Shown: positions 24,903-39,022 of the stretch, piece after piece
How positions within the stretch are numbered: the stretch's first letter is position 1
How the letters are laid out: each line of letters opens with the position of its first letter
Source of the DNA: Squalus acanthias
Taxonomy: Eukaryota
Length of the DNA stretch: 64,000 nt
Direction: 5' to 3'
Assembly: GCA_030390025.1 (NCBI GenBank)
Contig: CM059431.1
Location: 120,530,001-120,594,000 of the forward strand
Translations under genes and position numbers: made by a program
Notes under the pieces: model-generated
The model's database searches: none
The model's input: the letters and a program-made list of their open reading frames with translations, nothing else
Told to the model about the DNA's origin: nothing

Positions 24903-25511
24903 AGGGGTGGGGGTGTGGGTGGGGGTGAGGGTGGGGGTGAGGGTGGCGGGTGAGGGTGGGGGTGAGGGTGAGGGGTGGGGGTGAGGGTGAGGGTGGGGGT
25001 GAGGGTGGGGGGTGAGGGTGGGGGGGTGAGGGTGAGGGTGAGGGTGAGGGTGGGGGTGAGGGTGGGGATGAGGGTGGGGGTGAGGGTGGGGGTGAGGGTG
25101 AGGGTGGGGGGTGAGGGTGGGAGGGTGAGGGTAAGGGTGGGGGGTGAGGGTGGGGGTGAGGGTGGGGGTGAGGGTGGGGGTGAGGGTGGGGGGTGAGGGT
25201 GAGGGGTGGGGGTGAGGGTGGGGGGGTGAGGGTAAGGGTGGGGGTGAGGGTGGGGGTGAGGGTGGGGGTGAGGGTGAGGGTGGGGGGTGAGGGTGAGGGT
25301 GGAGGGTGAGGGTGGGGGTGAGGGTGGGGGGTGAGGGTGGGGGTGAGGGTGGGGGTGAGGGTGGGGGGTGAGGGTGAGGGGTGGGGGTGAGGGTGGGGGG
25401 TGAAGGTGGGGGTGAGGGTGGGGGTGAGGGTGGGGGGTGGGGGGGGAGGGTGGCGGGTGAGGGTGGGGGGTGGGGGGGGAGGGTGGCGGGTGAGGGTGGG
25501 GGGTGGGGGGG
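24903..25511 (+). repeat. G-rich tandem repeat, mixed (GGGTGA)/(GGGGGTGAGGGT) units
   Basis: About 600 nt of continuous G3-G7 runs separated by T or TGA. Confidence 0.95.
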
Positions 25512-28074
25512 AGATTGGGAAATTGGCCCTATGGGTTTCTTTTCCTTTATCTCAATGCAGGCGAAGGATTTGTGTTAATTTGCAATGTCCCAATAGATAA
25601 ATACGTTTAGTCCCCAACACAAGTTAGCCAATGTTGGGAAAGCAGTGTGTCACTAGGAAATTGATCCCCAGTCATGGCATCCTCCTGATCTTTGAACACA
25701 AGGAAACCCCGGCCTCACCATCCCATCACGATGTGAGGGAATCCCCTCCACCCACTGGCAGCCAGGGACCATTCCCATGGGTCTCTGGCTGTGGCCTCCT
25801 GTGGCCAAATTTCTGCTCCCTCCTGTCGGCCAAGTTGTGGATTTGGCCAGTTGTCAAACAGTAGTCCAGGAACTTTTACTTAAACGTCTCTGGCCTGGTC
25901 GGGTTAATCTCCCTCAACCGGGCTCGTGCGCACCCTTACCACCCGCCTCCCCCCCAACCCCCCAAAAAATTGAGGCCTATGTTTCACCAGGAAGGCAGTG
26001 ACAGACTTGGGTTGCATGGACAATCCGCATTCAACCTAGGGGGTCAAGCTCAGTACTGCCTGTTGCAGTAAAGATCACTGCAAGCCTGAACTATTTTGCC
26101 TTTGGTTCATTCAGGCGGCTAACGGGGGCATTAGTAACATCAGCCAGTCAGCAGTATAAAGCAGCTAACTGACTCGTTGTAGGCTATCAGAAAGTCAAGC
26201 CACTCCTTTGACTGCTGGAAGACATGTTAGCAAAGCGCTTGAGAATAGTTCTCCCACTTTGGCTAGTAAATGCTCAGTGCCCCTTTAAGCTACATGCGAT
26301 TTCCTGCTCTCAAAGGATGAACCCTACAGCACACCTACAGTATGGTAATTGGCTTAAACCAGGAACTCAGCAGGACTCAATGTTCCTGGTCTCAGAGAGG
26401 TGCTTTTTCCACCTCCTGCCAGTTTCAAGGACACAAAAATTGGTTCCACTGAGTCTGACTGTAAGGGAGCAGAATTAACATCAGTAGAGAAATGAGTCAG
26501 CATCACCTGTGCTTGTCAATTCAGCTCCCACACACTGTCAGGCTAAGTGACTCTTTCAAGGCAATAATGTCTCAATGATGTAATCATCAGCACTCACTGT
26601 TAAAAGTTACTATTAAAAGTATTTGTTAAATGGCAAAAATAGAAAGAACACAACAAAATGATGTCAACTGCAATTCTTTGTAAAGATTGATTAAAAAAAA
26701 GAGACTCCCTTTATCAGCATGTATCATGTACAATAAAACAATAGCACAATATGAATAAATCATTAAGTCGAGACAATTCTAGTCAACACTGCATACGGAA
26801 TAAAATTGATAAATCTTGAATAAAATCGTGAATGTTGGCAACTGCTAAATTGACCTTCAAGAATATCAGAATAGAAATTAATGCCATTTAATATTAATGT
26901 ACAACAGTAAGAAATTTCCTATGTTAATAGAGGCAGTAACGTATTTACTTTAAAGGGTAAATGCACCAATACTCAGGAAACCATGTTCAAAAGGGAATGT
27001 GCAGCACCAATTCTCTGACCTGTGTTTCCTTTGAGTGCAACTCCCAGTTAGATGCATGGGATCACTGGACTTACCCTTAAATTTCTTGACTGTGGTTTCA
27101 ATCAGCAAGTGGCAAGTCCAAACATTAGGAAATCTATGCCATTGCACTCAGCTTTACAGATGAGCTCAAAATAGAAGACAACTGAAACCAGTTTGTATCC
27201 AAACATGTTTTAGTTGGTATATAGTTATTAGTTGTTTTCCTGAATGAATAAAACATACAGAAGTATTGCCTAATAAATGCAACTAGCATTCAGAGGGTTA
27301 AAATGGATCCTTCATTAATATTCTGTCATTGTCAGATTATAGGTCAATTATGCACTCTCCTCTGAAAAATCCTGTTGAAAGGGTTCGCTCTCAAAAGTTC
27401 CACTTAAATGCCATGTTGGCTCCAGTCCAAATCCTGTGCTGAATTCTTTCACTGACATTGTACAAATGTGAACACAGAGCAAAAGTAATTAAAAAAGCTG
27501 CAGATGACTGGGCTGACTATGATTCGAAACCATCTCTGCTTTGAAATCTGCTTGAATGAACAGATAACAATAACAACTACAACAACTTGCACTTATAGAG
27601 TTCCTTTAATGTCGAAACAGATCCCAAGGTGCTTCACAGAGGCACAAAGGGGGAAAAAATGAAGGTAATTTGATTAATCTAGCATAACATTCCCTTGGGA
27701 TTTAATGTTGAATGAACTATATACTTGCTCCATATATAGAACTTGAGCAAATTGAAAATTTCTAATCAGCACTTGCATTTATCTGCTCAATTTAAATGAC
27801 ACAATACTGCAGCAATATGTTTTAGGTTAAAGATTCCTGTTTGTGTTCATTGCTGTGAGAGATCCCATTCCCTTGCAGTACATGACCATTCCTGACAGAA
27901 TATTCGGGTTAATTACTTATTCATGGTGTGTTCCCTTCCACACAGCAGGGTGGATCTGGAAGCTCGTGACACTGAGCAAGATATTTAAAACATATCTACA
28001 ACTACGTAAAGAGCTGCAGCAGCCATTTACATAGTTCCCACTTAACATAAACAGAAAGGACGCAGGTAAAAGTT

Positions 28075-28310
28075 TCACACTAATTTGGTCCAAACTTCAC
28101 AGTCATGTGCCCTTGAGTTCCTGCTGCATGCAATGAGGCAAAGGAGGGTTGTTCATGTTTGCAGTCAAGGGCATCCTCCCCAGAGAAGAGACACTCAAAA
28201 TGCCTGGAAGGAGTTAGCTCACAGGATGATTATTCTCTACAGATTCGGTAGGACATGGTTCCAAATGTAGAAAAAGATGGCAGACCTAAGGAAAGGTGCC
28301 AAGTTAATGC
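28075..28310 (+). pseudogene. Decayed Harbinger Myb/SANT-like exon
   Basis: ALEFLLHAMRQRR..TQNAWKELAH..RTWFQM*KKMADL resembles the Myb-like exons at 890-1117 and about 3000. Confidence 0.55.
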
Positions 28311-28339
28311 TACCAAGGGGTTTTCTATAGCAGCTATAT

Positions 28340-28505
28340 GAACTTACATACGAACATACGAATTAGGAGCAGGAGTAGGCCGCTCGGCCCTTCGAACCTG
28401 CTCCGCCATTCAATAAGATCATGGCTGATCCAATTACTCCACATTCCTGCCTACCCCCGATAACTTTTCACCCCCTTGCTTACCAAGAATCTATCTACCT
28501 CTGCT
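28340..28505 (-). mobile_element. CR1 3' UTR fragment
   Basis: GAACATACGAATTAGGAGCAGGAGTAGGCC; near-identical to 48410-48555. Confidence 0.8.
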
Positions 28506-29369
28506 ATCTGTCCCAAGTATACCTATCACAAACTGTGTCCTCAGAAGCTGTTACTTTTTTACTGATTTCCCCTCCAAAGCTGTTATAAAACCTTCTAGCC
28601 CTTTGCATGCTTAGCACACATTGCCATATAGTACCACGTCACACAGACATGCTGCATCTTACATGTGAAGCTTTTGTCACACTGAAGGCAGCATCAGAAC
28701 TTAAATCTTTCTGACACACCCTAACTGTAAAACTGAAAAACAAGATGGGGGGTTGCAAGTCTGCTACTACATTTTTGTTAAACTACAGAGGCCATTTTTC
28801 AACTTTGTGCAGTACGTGTCTGAATTTCCAATCTGCGCTGCTGGAAGACAAAATTGGAAATTGCCCCTCACTTTTTCATTTGTCACCCTCGCTGGAGGCA
28901 GACTTTGAAATTACAAGTTCTTTTCACCTTTGGTAGGTAGTGAGAGATTTGAGCGAAATGGGAAACATGAAGTCAAAGCTCAGGGCTAATACCATTCTGC
29001 CCTTGTGTTTAATCCCTCTACTTATTCATTGACACATAGGCATGCACTCAAGCAAAAATCATAACATCGTATATTGCAAGGAGAGCTCTGTATGAAGGTT
29101 TCTCTTGGTGTCAGTATTTTAAAGTATAAACCTCTTTGTGTTATTGTAGGATTGAAGAGCAGCCTGCCAGCACTGGCAGGAGCCCTAAGTAATGAGTGCC
29201 TTACAACATCCTGTGTCATTCTCACCAACACTGACAAGCACCAGCATAGTGACTCGTAGCTTGGAGAATGCAGATCACAGATCATGAGCCTGAAGAGGTA
29301 AGACCAGCTGAATCACAATGTACTAGCAAGGATGTGCAGGTATTGTTGACAGAGGAAGGGCAGGAAACT

Positions 29370-32300
29370 TTTTTTTACAATTATATTAGGATAAAGAGAG
29401 CAGTCAGGAGCAATGTTGACCCCTTAAAAACTGATATTGGTGATATTGTCAACAATAATAAGGAAATGGCAGACATGTTGAATAATTACTTTGTGTCAGT
29501 ATTTACAGTAGAGGAAGAGGGTAGCATGCCAGAAATCTCAAGGAATATAATATTGAATCAGGGACAGGGACTCAATAAAATAAACATAAGTAAAATAACA
29601 GTAATGAAGAAAATAATTACACTAAAGAGTGACTAATTCCCTGGGCCGGATGGTTTCCATCCCAGGGTTTTAAAGAAATTAGGTGAGCATATTGCAGATG
29701 CTCTAATTATAATCTTCCAAAGTTCTCTCGATTCAGGAACCGTTCCTTTAGATTGGAAAATCGCACATGTCACTTTGCTATTTAAGAATGGCGAGAGAGA
29801 GAAACCAGGGAATTCTAGACCAGTTAGCCTAACATCTGTTGTTGGGGAATTACTAGAGTCTATAATTAAGGATAGGGTGACTGAACACCTCAAAAATTTT
29901 CAGTTTATCAGAGAGAGCCAGTATGGATTTGTGAAAGGTAGGTCATGCCTGACAAACCTGATTCAATTTTTTGAGGAGGTGACTAAAGTAGTGGACAGGG
30001 GAATGTCTATGGATGTTATTTATATGGACTTCCAGAAGGCATTTGATAAAGTCCCTCATAACAGACTGTTAACTAAGGTAGAAGCCCATGGAATTGAGGG
30101 CAAATTATTGACCTGGTTAGGAAATTGGCTGAGCAGCAGGAGACAGGCCGTAGGGATAATGGGCAGGTACTCAAATTGGCAGGATGTGACTAGTGATGTC
30201 CCACAGGAATCTGTGTTGGGGCCTCAGCTATTCTCAGTATTTATTAAGGACTTAGATGATGGCATAGAAAGTCATATATCCAAATTTGCCAATGATACAA
30301 AGATAGGTGGCATTGTAGGCAGTGTAGATGGAAGCATAAAATTACAAAGGGATATTGATAGATTAAGTGAATGGGCAAAACTGTGGCAAATGGATTTCAG
30401 TGTAGGCAAAGTTGAGGTCACCCACTTTGGACCTAAAAAGGATATAACAGAGTACTTTCTAAATGGTGAAAATCTAAAAACAGTGGAGGTCCAAAGAGAC
30501 TTGGGGGTCCAGGTACAAAGATCATTAAAATGTCATGAACAGGTACAGAAAATAATCAAAAAGGCTAATGGAATGCTGGCCTTTATATCTAGAGGATTAG
30601 AATACAAGGGGGTAGAAGTTATGCTGCAGCTATACAAAGCCCTGGTTAGACCGCACCCGGATTACTGTGAACAGTTCTGGCACCGCACCTTAAGAAGGAT
30701 ATATTGGCCTTGGAGGGAGTGCCGCATAGGTTTACCAAAATGATACCCGAACACAAAGGGGTAAATTACGAGCAGAGATTACACAAATTAGGATTGTATT
30801 CCCTAGAATTTAGAAGGTTAAGGGGTGATCTGCTCGAAGTTTTCAAGATTCAATGATGGTGGAGCCCAGCACATGAGTGTAAAAGACAAGGCTGAAGCAT
30901 TTGCAACCATCTTCAGCCAGAAGTCCCAAGTGGATGATCGATGGCGACCTACTCCTGAGGTCCCCACCATCACAGAAGCCAGCCTTCAGCCAATTCGATT
31001 CACTCCATGTGATATCAAGAAATGGCTGAGCGCACAGGATACAGCACAGGCAATGGACCTCAACAACATCCTGGCTATCGTGCTGAAGACTTGTGCTCCA
31101 GAACTAGCTGTGCCTCTAGCCAAGCTATTCCAGTACAGCTACAATACTGGCATCTATCCGACAATGTGGATAACTGCTCAGGTATGTCCTGTCCACAAAA
31201 AGCAGGACAAATCCAATCTGGCCAATTACCAACCTCACTCCAGCCTTGGTCCAAACATGGACAAAGGAGCTGAATTCCAGAGGTGAGGTGAAAGTGACTG
31301 CCCTTGACATCAAGGCAGCAGTTGACTGAGTGTTGCATCCAGGAGCCCTAGTAAAACTGAAGTCAATGGGAATCATGGGGAAAACTCACCACTGGCTGGA
31401 GTCATACCTAGCTCAAAGGAAGATGGTTGTGATGGTTGAAGGTCAATCATCACAGCCCCAGGACATCGCTGCAGGAGTTCCTCAGGGCAGTGTCCTAGGC
31501 CCAACCATCTTCAACTGCTTCATGAATGACCTTCCCTCCAACATAAGGTCAGAAATGGGGATGTTTGCTGATGATTGCACAGTGTTCAGTGCCATTCACA
31601 ACTCCTCAGATAATGAAGCAGTCCATGTCCGCATGCAACAAGACCTGGACGACGTTCATGCTTGGGCTGATAGGTGACAGGTAACATTCGCGCCACAGAA
31701 GTGCCAGGCAATGGCTATCTCCAACAAGCGAGAGTCTAACCACCGCCCCTTGACATTCAACGGGATTACCATCGCTGAATCCCCCACCATCAACATCCTG
31801 GGGGTCACCATTGACCAGAAACTTAACTGGACCAGCCATGTAAATGCTGTGGCAACAAGAGCAGGTCAGAGGCTAGGTATTCTGTGGCGAGTGTTTCACC
31901 TCCTGACTCCTTAAAGCCTTTCCACCTTCTACAAGTCACAAGTAAGGAATGTGATGGAATACTCTCCACTTGCCTGGATGAGTGCAGCTCCAACAACACT
32001 CAAGAAGCTCGACACCATCCAGGACAAGCAAGCCCACTTGATTGGCAACCCCATCCACCACCTTAAACATTCACTCCCTCCACCACCGGTGTACCGTGGC
32101 TGCAGTGTGTACCATCTACAAGATGCACTGCAGCAACTCGCCAAAGCTTCGTCGGCAGTACCTCCCAAACCCGCGACCTCTTCCAGCTAGAAGGACAAGG
32201 GCAGCAGGTGCATGGGAACACCACCACCTCCAAGTTCCCCTCCAAGCCACACACCATCCTGACTTAGAAGTATATTGCCAATCCTTCATCGTCGCTTGGT

Positions 32301-32828
32301 CAAAATCCTGGAACTCCCTACCTAACAGCACTATGGGAGTATCTTCACCACACGGACTGCAGTGGCTTAAGATGGCGGCTCACCACCACCTTCTCAAGGG
32401 CAACTAGTGATGGGCAATAAATGCTGGCCTTGCCAGCGATGCCCACATCCCATAAACGAATGAAATAAAGTTATTAAGGGAACAGATAGGCTAGAGAGAA
32501 ACTATTTCTGCTGGTTGGGGCGTCTAGGACTGGGGTCATAGTCTAAAAATTAGAGCCAAATCTTCAGGAGTGAAATTAGGAAACACTTCGACACAAAAAG
32601 GGTGATAGAAGTTTGGAACTCTCTTCTGCAAATGGCAATTGATGCTAGATCAATTGTTAATTTTAAACTGAGATTGATAGATTTTTGTTAAACAAACGTA
32701 TTAGGGGATATGGGGCAAAGGCGGGTATATGAAGTTGGTCGCAGATCAGCCATGATCTCACTGAGTGGCTGTACAGGCTCATGGGGCTCAATGGCCTACT
32801 CCTGTTCCTATGTTCCTATGTTTCTATA
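29370..32828 (+). mobile_element. CR1 LINE ORF2 fragment interrupted by another LINE (30849-32468)
   Basis: 322-aa RT frame at 29775-30743 (FADD mutated to FAND). CR1 breaks at GTTTTCAAGAT (about 30848) and resumes at about 32469; tail CCTATGTTCCTATG. Confidence 0.92.
30849..32468 (+). mobile_element. Non-LTR retrotransposon, 5'-truncated (family of 52923-56770)
   Basis: ALDIKAA, PQGSVLGP and MFADD motifs; 3' end GCCCACATCCCATAAACGAATG. Confidence 0.9.
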
Positions 32829-32832
32829 ATAA

Positions 32833-33345
32833 CATTCTTCGGGATGTAGGTGTCGCTGGCAAGGCCAGCATTTCTTGCCCATTTTTACTTGTCATTGAGA
32901 AGTTGGTGGTGAGCCTCCTTGAACCGCTACAGTCAATCTGTAAAAGGTACTCCCACAAAGCTGTTATTTACCGAGTTTCAGGATTTTGGTCCAGCGACAA
33001 TGAAGGAATAGTGATATTTGTCCAAGTCAGAATGGTGTGTGACTTGGAGGGGAACTTGGGGATGTTACCTGCTGCCTTTAACCTTCTATGTGGTGGAGGT
33101 GTTGTTGAAGAAATCGTGGCGACTTGTTGCAGTGCATCCTGTGGATAGTATACACTGCAGCCACAGCACACCAGTGGTGGAGGGAGTGAATGCTTAAGAT
33201 GATGGATGGGACACTGATCAAGTGGACGGCTTTGTCCTGGATGGTGTCAAGCTTTTTTAGTGTTGTTGCAGCTGCAACCATTCAGGCAGGTGGAGGGCAT
33301 TCCATTCCTGATGTTTGGCTTCTAGATGGTGGAGTGAATTTGGGG
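32833..33345 (-). mobile_element. Non-LTR retrotransposon 3' fragment (same family)
   Basis: LKKLDTIQDKAVHLI..HSLHHW; same 3' terminus. Confidence 0.8.
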
Positions 33346-36300
33346 AGTCTGCCTCGGTGGCCATATGGATGCCATAATTTACTCCTTGTACTTTGGGAAC
33401 TCCATCAATGTGGCGAAATAGAGCAGTGGTGCTCTTTCCAGCTTTTATTCTAGGAGATTAAAGTGCTGGCCCTGCTCAGCAATGCATCAGTTACCTTCAA
33501 TACATCTGCGGCAAGCAAGTTGGCTGCAGATGATCTTTAAGCTAATGAAGACAGGAAAGCATAATCATTGAAGGATGAAGTGATCTTGAATTCCATTGGC
33601 CCTTTTATCTGTTGCAGCAGATGGAATAGCTCTAAAATTGCCTCTCTGTGGACCTGAGCCTGCAAAGTCAGTTCCCTCCATCGGCAGGTGGATCGAAACC
33701 TGCAGCAATGGTTGGCGGCATACTGTTACATACAGGCAGCCTGTTCTGGTGCTATCCGATCTTCCTGTATTATTTCTTTGAACTTCCTTCTCCTTCAGCA
33801 CGAAATCCTGTGATGGGATACACTGAAAGCAATTCCCACCAAATTGAGCTAACGGCCAAAATATTGCTCCATGGTCCTGCTAAAATCGCAAAAGAAAACA
33901 ATTGCAGTGCGATGAAGCTTGATAAGTTTAGGGACAAACACAGGCATCATTTTCCATTATGAGGGCCGGGCCTCATTAACATATGGTCTAGTGGGCTGTG
34001 GGCAGAAAATGAGTGCTCTGGGGCAGGCTACCACAATGACAGGCCCGGAGAAAGGTAGCTTCAGGAGGGAGGGGTGCAACAGCACGCCAGGTTGTTTTTG
34101 TAGTGCTTGGATGAGCACTACCGCTCCTCCAGGTCTCACAAAAATAAATAAAAACTGCCTTTTTGGCTCCTCTCTAGTTGGACTGCCGCTCCGCTCAGTT
34201 GAGTCCTAAAATGGCAGTTGAGGTCCTATGTAGGTCAGAGAACCATGATTTGCATGTTAAAAGGGCCTACTGCTTTACTCAGGCGGGCACTCTGGCTGTC
34301 CAGTTATAGGCCCTTGCGAAGATAGCATTGGCCATACCGTCAGCGGGAATAGGGCAAGAAGTCATAACCCACCATTCCGCTGTGTGGAATGTTTCCAAAT
34401 CTCCCCCAATGTTATGATAAGTTCTAAAATGCAACTGCAGGCTAAATGATTCGAGTCTGGGCAACTCAGATCTTGCACTTCGTAATTTTTCGTATTTTAG
34501 CTGGTGCAATCAAAATATGTGTATGCGCTGGTTTCAAGAATGGTATTTAATCACTTTTGAAAGAACATGCTATAAAGGAATGGAAAAATAGAAGGGAGGT
34601 TGAAATGCAAACAGAACTTAGCATTTCACAATAATGCCTGTTAAAAATCATATTTCATGTGTTTGAATGGTAAAATCTAATATTTAGCATTCACTGGCAA
34701 TCCTGTGCCCATGTTTGACTCTAAAATCGTAAGATTAACATTGGGGCCACTACCCCACCTTGCAGTGGCATAAGGATATTCAATAGTGCAGTCACTGATA
34801 ATGAATTTCCGCAGAGGTTCTCCTGCTTGCCCACCATAATTTCAGTGGAATAGCTGCAGGAGCCTCGAAAAATGGCATAAACGGTCTTTATGCCACTCTT
34901 CCGCTGACTTTATGCAGACGATCAGAAACTCATCTGCCAATTTGTCTGCCCTGTGAAAATTCACTCCCAATGTGATATCCATTCTTGACTGAAAACACCC
35001 CTTCATTTCTCACATGGATTAAGAAGGACAACAAATATGGCAACCAGATGAGGGAAGAATCAAAAGCAATTTAAAAGAATTCATCATTCTGCCTAATGAC
35101 ATCTGGAAGTCATTTCTACTCCTAGAGGTTTACATTGAAATGACAACTAAAATTATTTGCAGACTCAAAAAGGTGATCTGCAAGATTTTTCCACCTTGTA
35201 CCTAGCCCCTTGTCGATTAATTTTTCTCTTTCCCTGAGCTCCAGCCATAACTCGCTTCAACTAGAACAGCCCCTATTCCTTACAGCAGTACTAATAGCAC
35301 AGACACTTGGACACGATTGCAAAATTCATACTTGGAAAAAGCTTTTGTCTGCTTGCAACATCATAAAAATGTCTAGAACATTTTTTCTGATCATCATTTC
35401 TAGTGATAACTGTAAACTAATTATTTTAGAATGCTTTTATGAGTTGGCTATAGTGAACAAAGGAAATAATCCCACTCTGTTCAAAATGTCAAAACATAGT
35501 AGGGGTCATTTTCATCTTACTAGTGCCCTGATTTTCAGTGTGAATTAGGCAGCAATGGGACAATTCGTTGTTTTTTAAAGTTCATGCTGAAATCATGCCA
35601 TCATGCCTGATGCAGTCATTGAAGGGGTCTTGATATAGGCAGCCAGCATTCCTGCCCGAAACCGGCGGCAGCTTAATATCAATATGCGAATTGGCGTCCT
35701 GCGCTGTTTTAAGGACCGAAACACGAGTTGGGTTACCATCTGTGTTACTATCGATAGTTCTACAACAAGCCCGCAAACCATGGGCAGTACAATTCAAGAG
35801 GGTACCAGTGGGCAAGCTGCTTATTGGTAGTGTGAATGATGCTGGCAGCTTTCCTTGAAAATTAAAATGAGGCTTGACCACAAAAAATGTTATTGGGTGG
35901 AGACAGTGGTCACCTGCACCCCTCCCCCTCTTGCCTGCCCGATATACACACAATATAACAATTGTCTCCATAGTGACCTGAGCAAACCTCTCACTAAAAT
36001 GTCTGTCAGAAATTAACAGATGGCACATTCCTACAATATAACCTAATCTTTGACACTTCCTACCACAGGAATCCACAGCAATTTACAAATAATTGCACCA
36101 TATTCCACTGCCAGAAATGATGTGCTGGATTTATTTCGATGCTGATTGAGCCTGATCTTGCAGCAGGCTGGTTTTTGTTTGTACTTCTGTGAACAATGTG
36201 CTTAGCATTGTTCAGTTTTAAAAAGGTACGCCATCATTATATAAGTACCAAAAGCAGCACATTAATCCATCACCCGTGCAGAATAACAGTGGCCTGTACT

Positions 36301-37254
36301 GATATGTATATAAATAAAACAGATGCTAAAAGATAAAAGTTCGATTCATAATTCATCATTGGCTATGTAAAACAGAGTATAAAAGATGTATGAATAGATC
36401 AGTTTTGCAAATTCATGTTACCAGTGAGCGAGGCTTCCTGCCACTAGCATGCTTTTGCAAAATCAGCCCTTTAGAATATAGGGGCTGACATTCTTAATTT
36501 TGCCAATTTAATGAAAAAGTGATGGCAGTTCCATAGAAAGAATTAAGCGATTGAAGTCAATGTAAAGGAAATTTGGGCGGAGTGTATAATGTCCGATTTA
36601 ATGCAGCCCGTTTTGAGGTTGAATTTTATTCCCTACTTGTCCATGTTTACTGCTTTGAGAATGTCTATCCCTACTAAGATGAATGAAAGAAAATTGTTGA
36701 AAAGTAAGACAAAGCCAATTATTGTGTGTTAAGAGCCTTGTTATTGTCATCAATAAGGAACTTGTATAGTTTTCTCAGCACAGTTAAACTGTAAAGTGAG
36801 CATTTTACTTCAGATCAGGCCAGATGTTAGAGAGCTAAATAAGCTGAAGTATCACCACAGCAGTGACAGAAGTAAATTTTTGATCAGAGGAGCTGGCTGT
36901 AGTGGTAATTGTCACGTATATCATAGTGGAAGAGAAGGAAGAGGAGGAGAGGATGATTTGGGAGCATACAGTGAGTAGGAGGCACATGACTCATTGAGAG
37001 TACAAAAGCAGATAGTGGGAGTACCACAACATAGTCAGATACCTGCACGTGATAGGGGATTTGTGCATGAACAGGTACAGGCTCAGCACTGAATCTTGCT
37101 TGATGGGAATGAACTGGGTGCAGAGGTCAGCTCGACTAATTTTACAAGGCTCCGAATTTTTCGGTCAGTTATAGTGAGACACCATACCAGGATCAGAGTT
37201 TTGATTCATTTACCTCTGTAACCCCATATAATTCAAGTGGGACACACAGCCAAA

Positions 37255-37705
37255 CCTCCACCTTGAATTTGCCGCTTAGCAGTTTTTATCCTCTGTCCCC
37301 TTGTCCTATAGTCATGATTTAACTTGAAATAATGCTCAGGATTAAGCATTCTTATTTCACTTGGGGGATGGGAGAATTTCCTCGGAGCTTCTCCTGCTAC
37401 GTCGCCTTAACTTCATGGAAGTTACAGCGAAGGAGCGGAGTGGAGGAAGCTCCAAGAAAATACCCCCCACCCCTTAGTTTCTTATATACATCTGTAAGGT
37501 CCCCTCTCACTCGCTTCCTTTCAAAGCTGAAGACTACACGTTTTTCTAACGGTTCCTCATAACTCACTTCTCTGACACTACGGATCAAACTCATGGCTCT
37601 TCTCTGTACCACTTTCAGCACTTGTATATTTCACTTGCTCCTCGGTGACCAGAACTGAATGTAGTATTCAAGGTGCAGCCTGGCCAGAGAACTATACAGC
37701 TTCAT
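37255..37705 (-). mobile_element. Old CR1 RT C-terminal fragment
   Basis: VQRRAMSLI..SYEEPLEK..FSFERKRVRGDL; LEYYIQFWSP-type segment at about 37640-37680. Confidence 0.7.
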
Positions 37706-38208
37706 TATGATGGCCACAGATGTAAAGTCTACAGATTTGTCAGCATAACTCATCGTCCTTTTTGGTACATTATGAATAAGAAAACATACTTTCTTCTGTT
37801 ATCCATTTGGGCGCAATCACTGGGTAAGAACACACTGGCCCCGAAGATCTATGGGCCATGATCCTGGTGTAACCACCGGGATCGTACTTGTTGGTGGCAT
37901 CCAGTGTTGACCCCACCAAATTCTGAATTGACAGCAGAAAGGGACCTCATTTACACAGGGCTACAAGATGCCTGCACTATTATTACTTGCCATTTGAGAC
38001 TGCCAGTCATCGCTGCAAACTTTTGGGATGTCCATTTTCACACCTTCAGGCTAAAAATAAGCATGTCTCCTGCAGAGCCACTTTAGCTGAGAACACAAAA
38101 ATTGGATTGCTGTCCCTATAGTCACACTGTAGGGCAACCTGACAATAAATGTAAAAAAAAAATATCACAGAAGCAGCGTAAACATATGAGAAGGAATTTA
38201 AAAATCAA

Positions 38209-38958
38209 GAGGGAAAAATTGGGTTGCTTTGCGCCTCCCGATAGCGCCCCCGGGGAGCACTAATGGGGCACAAAGCCCCTAACGCCTGGGCGCGGTGCCT
38301 GCTAATGCCTCCTGCAAAATTCAGCAGGAGGTTAGCAGCAGCGGTAGCCGGTAGCACCCTGCGACACTGCGCCTCCGGTGATGACGCCATCGCCATGCGC
38401 AGCGCCCCGCTCGTGCCCCGGCCGCAAACTTGGCTTGCACCCCCTGACCTACCGCTGGACAGTATGTCCGACAGGGTCAGGGTGGTGTTTTTGCGGCCGC
38501 GGCGGCGCTAATTAAAAGGCAGGTGCCAGGCGGCCATTTTTTTTGCGCCATCTGCCAGCACCTGCCCCCTTCCGCTTCCGCATACGGGGTGCCAACCGTG
38601 ATCGGTCAGCCCATCACTCCTACTGAGTGTCGGGCTGTTTTCCCGGCACTCCGCTCCCCGGTGGTCCAGCAGGGCCCCGGTGCGCGCTGCATGAGGCATC
38701 CTCCCCTTTAATCAGGGGAGGGAGGCCTGTAATACCGCAGCACTACGTGCCGATGCGCATGGCACTGTTGAGCGTAGCGCCGGGATATTGAATGGTAGCG
38801 CCCCAGGAGGGAGGGGGAGCGCTTCCAGTAGCGCCCCGTCTGCTGCTTGGGCGCTACCACTCAATTTACGGCACAGGGGCGCTAACTTTTTTGGGGCGCT
38901 AAAAGTAGTGCCCCGATGAAGTTAGGGCCCCAAAGGGGACGCAACCAAATTTTTCCCC
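38209..38958. mobile_element. GC/CpG-rich Harbinger-type MITE (related to 13539 and 48763)
   Basis: TIRs GAGGGAAAAATTGGGTTGC / GCAACCAAATTTTTCCCC; TSD CAA; internal blocks shared with 48763-49141. Confidence 0.85.
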
Positions 38959-39022
38959 CAAGAGTTTTGCTGTTATTCACCTTTATACGAAATAAAACAA
39001 TTATCAAACTGATAAGCATACA

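Noticed and set aside
24975..25600. Gly/Val/Arg-rich ORFs; possible interstitial telomere
   Set aside because: Translations of a simple repeat; canonical TTAGGG units not seen.
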